Source of the DNA: Pseudomonadota bacterium
GTDB taxonomy: Bacteria > Bdellovibrionota_G > JALEGL01 > DATDPG01
Reading direction: 5' to 3'
Length of the DNA: 11,452 bases
Assembly (NCBI GenBank): GCA_043804515.1
Contig: JAZDIZ010000022.1
Coordinates: 1-11,452, forward strand
In this document: positions 7,478-11,452 of the stretch, in pieces
Layout: the number at the start of each line of letters is the position of its first letter
Numbering within the stretch: the stretch's first letter is position 1
Notes under the pieces: generated by a model
Told to the model about the DNA's origin: nothing
What the model saw: the letters and a program-made list of their open reading frames with translations, nothing else
Databases searched by the model: none
Made by a program: the position numbers and the translations under genes

Positions 7478-7885
7478 ATGAAGAAATTCTATCTACTCGC
7501 CCTTGTGGCCGGTGTTTCCCTGGTGCTGGGCAATGCTCTTGCGCAAGAAAAGTCCGCCGCAGGGAAAGAAGTTAAGGCCGCTGAGGGCAAAGAAGCTCAG
7601 TCCACCGCGGGCAAGGAAGCCTATGTGAAACGCTGCAAGCTGTGCCACGCCGCCGACGGGAGCGGCAAGAAGGAGTCCGGTGAATGGCTTCCCCTCGCAA
7701 AGACGTTGAAACTCGACAAACCCGAAAAGCTCGCTGTCACATCTCTGGATGCGAAACAGCTTGGGGAGATGGAGAACGTCATCCTCAAAGGGAAAGACAA
7801 GATGAAGGGCATGGAAGACAAAGGTGTGAAACCCGAAGAGGCCAAACTCATCGTGGAGTACGTCAAGACGCTGCAGAAGAAGTAA
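7478..7885 (+). CDS. Periplasmic class I monoheme cytochrome c (c6/c553-like)
   Basis: Signal peptide MKKFYLLALVAGVSLVLGNALA; GKEAYVKRCKLCHAADGSG; ILKGKDKMKG with a likely Met axial ligand; C-terminal helix EAKLIVEYVKTL. GGAGAGGA RBS before ATG 7478. Confidence 0.88.
   Translation: MKKFYLLALVAGVSLVLGNALAQEKSAAGKEVKAAEGKEAQSTAGKEAYVKRCKLCHAADGSGKKESGEWLPLAKTLKLDKPEKLAVTSLDAKQLGEMENVILKGKDKMKGMEDKGVKPEEAKLIVEYVKTLQKK
7550..7621 (+). repeat. Three imperfect 24-bp in-frame repeats (KSAAGKEV / KAAEGKEA / QSTAGKEA)
   Basis: AAGTCCGCCGCAGGGAAAGAAGTT / AAGGCCGCTGAGGGCAAAGAAGCT / CAGTCCACCGCGGGCAAGGAAGCC. Confidence 0.75.
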
Positions 7886-7909
7886 TCGCATTTTAATAGT
7901 ATTGTTTGT

Positions 7910-7941
7910 GGGGGGACGCGTGAGCGTTCCCCCCTTTTTTT
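7910..7941 (+). terminator. Rho-independent terminator after the cytochrome cluster
   Basis: Stem GGGGGGACGC / GCGTTCCCCC (10 bp, one G-U), GTGA GNRA tetraloop, then C and T7. Confidence 0.9.
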
Positions 7942-8015
7942 GGCGCACGCCGCGCAAGATTCACTCCCTGAACCGGCCCGAATCGTACTACCATCCCCCT
8001 ACCGGGAGGAGTCGA

Positions 8016-8927
8016 GTGGATCTCTACATCGGAATTGATCTGGGCGGACATCATGTGAGCGGAGCCCTTGTGACGGACCGGGGAAAAGTCATGGCTAGGG
8101 AGGCTCTCAAGACCTCCGCCGGCCGGGGCCGTGCAAGAGTCCTGGAGCAGATCGCCCGGATCTGCTCCGAGTTGAGCGGCGTCCGGGTCGGCCGGAATCG
8201 GCATCCCAAGGCCGTCGGGATCGGTGTTCCGGGCTTTCTGAATCACGCGGCAGGAACGGTGATTTCATCCCCGAATTTTCCCGGCTGGGAAAATTACGCC
8301 ATCGTGAAAGCCCTTAAACGGAGAATTCCCTATCGCGTGGTATTGGAAAACGACGCGAACTGCGCCGCGCGGGGGGAACAATGGCTCGGGGCGGGGAAGG
8401 GGCATGGGAATATCGTTTTGCTTACCCTGGGCACCGGCGTGGGGGGAGGTTTGATCGCGGACGGCCGGCTCCTTAGGGGGAGCCGAGGCGCTGGAGGCGA
8501 GGTGGGCCACATCGTGATCGATCCGAGCGGCCCTCTGTGCGGTTGCGGGGGCTGCGGGTGTCTCGAATCGTTCGTCTCCGGGACGGCGCTCAAGCGGGAT
8601 ACGGGGTTCAGCGGCGAGGATCTGCACCGAAAGGCACAGAACGGTGAAAAACACGCCCTCAAAGCTTTCGGGGAGATGGGGCGCCATCTGGGAATGGGGC
8701 TGGCTTCCCTCAGCTTCCTTTTCGATCCCGATGTGTTTATTCTCGGCGGAAAATTGAGTGCCGCGCTCCCGTTATTCGGGCCCGCGATGCGCATGGAGAT
8801 GGACAGCCGTCTTCGAAAACACCCGGCAAAAAAGGTGCCGGTTCGCCGTGCCCGTTGCGGGAACGACGCGGGGATGTTGGGAGCGGCTCGGATGGCCATG
8901 GAAGCTGGAAAGGGGAGTCACGCGTGA
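8016..8927 (+). CDS. ROK-family sugar kinase (glucokinase-like)
   Basis: IGIDLGG, GIGVPG, LENDANCAARGE, TLGTGVGGG, GEVGH, zinc motif CGCGGCGCLE, NDAGMLGAA; no N-terminal HTH. GTG 8016 has a GGGAGGA RBS; the ORF-track start at 7902 would run through the terminator. Confidence 0.88.
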   Translation: MDLYIGIDLGGHHVSGALVTDRGKVMAREALKTSAGRGRARVLEQIARICSELSGVRVGRNRHPKAVGIGVPGFLNHAAGTVISSPNFPGWENYAIVKALKRRIPYRVVLENDANCAARGEQWLGAGKGHGNIVLLTLGTGVGGGLIADGRLLRGSRGAGGEVGHIVIDPSGPLCGCGGCGCLESFVSGTALKRDTGFSGEDLHRKAQNGEKHALKAFGEMGRHLGMGLASLSFLFDPDVFILGGKLSAALPLFGPAMRMEMDSRLRKHPAKKVPVRRARCGNDAGMLGAARMAMEAGKGSHA

Positions 8928-11047
8928 GTTCGATTCTGGATCGCCTTCGGGAACTGGCCGGGAACCTTCGCTGGACCTGGCATGCGGAATTCGAGCCGCT
9001 CTTTCGCGAGATCGACGAGCAACTTTGGCGGGAGGTGACCCACAACCCCACGGACTTCTTGGCGCGGGTGGATGCGGAAAAGCTCTCGGCCAAGTCGCTG
9101 GACCCTCACTATCGCGTGCGTTTGGAGAAGGCGTGCGCCTTCCTGCGGGCCTCGCTCGAAAGCGACCGGCATTGGGCGGCCTGGAGCGCTCCGGGCCTCG
9201 CGGCCCGCCCGGTGGCCTATTTCTCGGCCGAATTCGGCCTGCACGAATCCCTCCCGATTTATTCCGGAGGGTTGGGGGTTCTGGCAGGAGACCACATCAA
9301 AAGCGCCTCCGACCTGGGGCTGCCCATGTACGGTGTTTCGATTCTTTACCGGCAGGGGTATTTCCGCCAACTCATCGACGCCGACGGGCGGCAAGAGGAG
9401 ATGTACCAGGACATGGACCTGGAGACCATGGCCGTCGAGCCGGTCCTGGATCCCCAAGGACAGCACATTTCGATTCATTACCCGGTCAACAGCGGGAAGA
9501 TCGACATCCAACTCTGGCGGACCCGCGTGGGACGCGCAAACCTCATTCTTCTGGACGTGAACCAACCACGTGACGTTAAGGAGCCGAAGAACCTGACGCG
9601 AAGATTGTACGAAGGGGACCCGCCGACCCGTCTGGTGCAGGAACTGATCTTGGGGGCGGGTGGCTTGAGGGCCCTCCGGGCCCTCGGAGTGAAGCCGGGG
9701 GCGCTGCACCTCAACGAGGGGCATTCTGCGTTCGCCATCCTGGAAGCTGTAGCGAACTCGATGGAGGAGGAGGGGCTTTCCTTTGAGGAGGCTTCGGAGC
9801 GGATTTCACGCACCATCGTATTCACCACGCACACTCCCGTTGCGGCGGGACACGACCGATTCTCGTCCGACCTGATCCGGCGGTTTTGCGAACCTTTGAG
9901 GGAGAGGCTCAATCTCACGCACGAGCGGTTCATGGACCTGGGAAGAGTCCGGCCGGGGGATGCGCGGGAGTTCTTCTGCATGACGGTCCTGGCGCTCAAG
10001 TTCGCCCATCGTTCGAATGCCGTGAGCTCTTTGCACGGCGAGACCAGCCGGAGAATGTGGAAGGAACTGTGGCCCGACCGGAGGCTCGGAGAGGTGCCGA
10101 TCGGCCACATCACGAACGGCGTGCACGTCCCCAGCTGGGTCGCCCCGGAGATGGCGGCGCTCTACGATCGGCATTTGGGGCCCAGCTGGCAGACCAACCA
10201 GTGCCGTCCCGAACTTTGGAACCGGATTCCCCTCATCGACCCGTTTGTCATCTGGGACGCCAAGTGCGCCTTGCGGCAGAAGATGCTGGTGTTCGTGGAG
10301 CGGCGCATGCAATACCGGCGCAACCGCCTTGGAATGGAGGATGAGGCGGCGCACATCAATCCGGAAGCGCTCACGATCGGCTTCGTGCGGCGGTTCGTGG
10401 AGTACAAGCGCGCGACGCTGCTCTTCAAAGACCCGGACCGGCTGGCCCGGATCCTGTCCAATCCGGAGCGACCCGTTCAAATCATCTTCGCGGGGAAAGC
10501 GCACCCCCACGATGACTTCGGAAAAGGGGTACTGACCGAAGTCCATCGCTGGACCCAGGACCCGCGGTTCAAGGGGAAAGTGCTGCTCTTGGAGAATCAC
10601 GACATGAACATGAGCCGGCATTTGCTTCAAGGGTGCGACTTGTGGCTGAACAACCCGCGCCGGCCTCTGGAGGCGTGCGGAACGAGCGGCCAGAAAGCCG
10701 TCTTCAACGCCACGCTGAACCTCTCCATTCTGGACGGTTGGTGGGCGGAAGCGTTCGACCAACAGAACGGTTACGCCTTCGGCGGGGGGCTCACGCACAC
10801 GGACCCTGCGAAACAAGACGAGCGGGATGCGAAGGATCTATACGACGTCCTGGAAAACCAGGTGCTCCCCGACTTTTTCGACCGGTCCTCGGAGGGAATT
10901 CCCCTTCGGTGGATGGCAAAAATCCAGCACGCGCTCTCGACGCTGGCCTGGAGGTACAACGCCGACCGGATGGTGATCGACTATGTGAAGCGCTGCTATC
11001 TCGCGACGACGGGCTCGCTCACCGCCGATTTTCCGAACGCGGGATAG
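8924..11047 (+). CDS. glgP: Alpha-glucan (glycogen/maltodextrin) phosphorylase, GT35
   Basis: LRELAGNLRWTW N-terminus, YFSAEFGLHESLPIYSGGLGVLAGD, HLNEGH, FTTHTPV.AGHD, GHITNGVH, RRF..YKR, GKAHPHD, PLP-site EACGTSGQKA, LDGWW.E. GTG 8924 has an AGGGGAG RBS and overlaps the ROK stop (GTGA); 707 aa. Confidence 0.92.
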   Translation: MSSILDRLRELAGNLRWTWHAEFEPLFREIDEQLWREVTHNPTDFLARVDAEKLSAKSLDPHYRVRLEKACAFLRASLESDRHWAAWSAPGLAARPVAYFSAEFGLHESLPIYSGGLGVLAGDHIKSASDLGLPMYGVSILYRQGYFRQLIDADGRQEEMYQDMDLETMAVEPVLDPQGQHISIHYPVNSGKIDIQLWRTRVGRANLILLDVNQPRDVKEPKNLTRRLYEGDPPTRLVQELILGAGGLRALRALGVKPGALHLNEGHSAFAILEAVANSMEEEGLSFEEASERISRTIVFTTHTPVAAGHDRFSSDLIRRFCEPLRERLNLTHERFMDLGRVRPGDAREFFCMTVLALKFAHRSNAVSSLHGETSRRMWKELWPDRRLGEVPIGHITNGVHVPSWVAPEMAALYDRHLGPSWQTNQCRPELWNRIPLIDPFVIWDAKCALRQKMLVFVERRMQYRRNRLGMEDEAAHINPEALTIGFVRRFVEYKRATLLFKDPDRLARILSNPERPVQIIFAGKAHPHDDFGKGVLTEVHRWTQDPRFKGKVLLLENHDMNMSRHLLQGCDLWLNNPRRPLEACGTSGQKAVFNATLNLSILDGWWAEAFDQQNGYAFGGGLTHTDPAKQDERDAKDLYDVLENQVLPDFFDRSSEGIPLRWMAKIQHALSTLAWRYNADRMVIDYVKRCYLATTGSLTADFPNAG

Positions 11048-11072
11048 CCCGGAATTTCAGGCATCGGGTAAC

Positions 11073-11140
11073 GATCCCCGGCAACCGGGAATCCGGTCAC
11101 CGGATCAGGCAGCCAGGCAGGGGAGAAAAGGGGTCGACCC
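11073..11140. repeat. Cluster of short palindromes downstream of glgP
   Basis: CCCGG-CAA-CCGGG (11077-11089), ATCCGGT-C-ACCGGAT (11091-11105), GGGTCGACCC (11131-11140). No U-tract follows. Confidence 0.5.
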
Positions 11141-11399
11141 GCGGTTCGATCAGCAATTAAGCTGAAAAAAAGCGGATAACGAAAAACACGATATAGGGAG
11201 TTAAGAGCAGCAATCCTATTTCCCGGAATTGGGTAAGCTGTCCCCTGATTTCTTTCACTGAAACGTCTTGCCGGAGAAGTGAGCGAACGTCTCGCGAAGG
11301 TCGGAAGACGAAATTCAGAAGTCGGTTAAAGGGCAGGTTTTCGGGTGCACCTTGGCGGTGAAGTAAGTGGAGATCGGCGCGAAAAATGGTGGAAGAAAT

Positions 11400-11452
11400 C
11401 TGAAAAAAGAATGATTTTTTTCTTGACTCAATTGAATCAGAAGTTTTCTGCG
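11400..11452 (+). promoter_or_regulatory. Candidate promoter/operator for a gene beyond the window
   Basis: A/T tracts (UP-element-like), TTGACT at 11423-11428, overlapped by the imperfect palindrome TGACTCAATTGAATCA (11424-11439). Confidence 0.35.

Noticed and set aside
7941..7956. Sigma54 promoter (GG-N10-GC)
   Set aside because: It lacks the TTGC -12 element and overlaps the terminator tail; likely chance in GC-rich DNA.
7902..8923. ORF-track starts at 7902 (ROK) and 8855 (phosphorylase)
   Set aside because: The first spans the terminator and the second overlaps the ROK gene by 73 bp; GTG 8016 and GTG 8924 have strong RBSs and match the family N-termini.
261..11160. Long overlapping or antisense ORFs (e.g. 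2990-4186, 2958-3767, 6587-7378, 8758-9573, 9806-10816)
   Set aside because: They overlap well-supported genes, are Arg/Pro/Gly-rich and show no recognisable motifs, as expected for shadow ORFs in GC-rich DNA.
1..11452. CRISPR array, tRNA, rRNA, integrase or transposase gene
   Set aside because: No regularly spaced repeat-spacer units, cloverleaf, rRNA-like segment or recombinase motifs were seen.

Overview
GC-rich (roughly 60%) bacterial window. In order: the 3' end of an HNH endonuclease gene; a tryptophanase (tnaA); a convergent receiver-GGDEF gene with a degenerate catalytic site but an intact I-site; then, transcribed divergently from it, a respiratory cluster; an intrinsic terminator; a ROK-family kinase overlapping an alpha-glucan phosphorylase; and about 400 bp of non-coding sequence with hairpins and a possible promoter. 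The respiratory cluster has three genes: an ImcH-like NapC/NirT-type membrane cytochrome c (3 TM helices, 6 heme motifs), a very large CbcL-like c/b fusion cytochrome (19 CxxCH motifs plus a cytochrome b domain), and a secreted monoheme cytochrome c. The most notable points are: ImcH-like and CbcL-like quinol oxidases side by side; an internal duplication of an 8-heme module in the CbcL-like protein, with a His-to-Cys change at a likely ligand position; an RNA stem that would hide the CbcL-like gene's RBS and start codon; and a probable c-di-GMP receptor sharing the promoter region. Family assignments come from motif recognition by eye, not from database searches.
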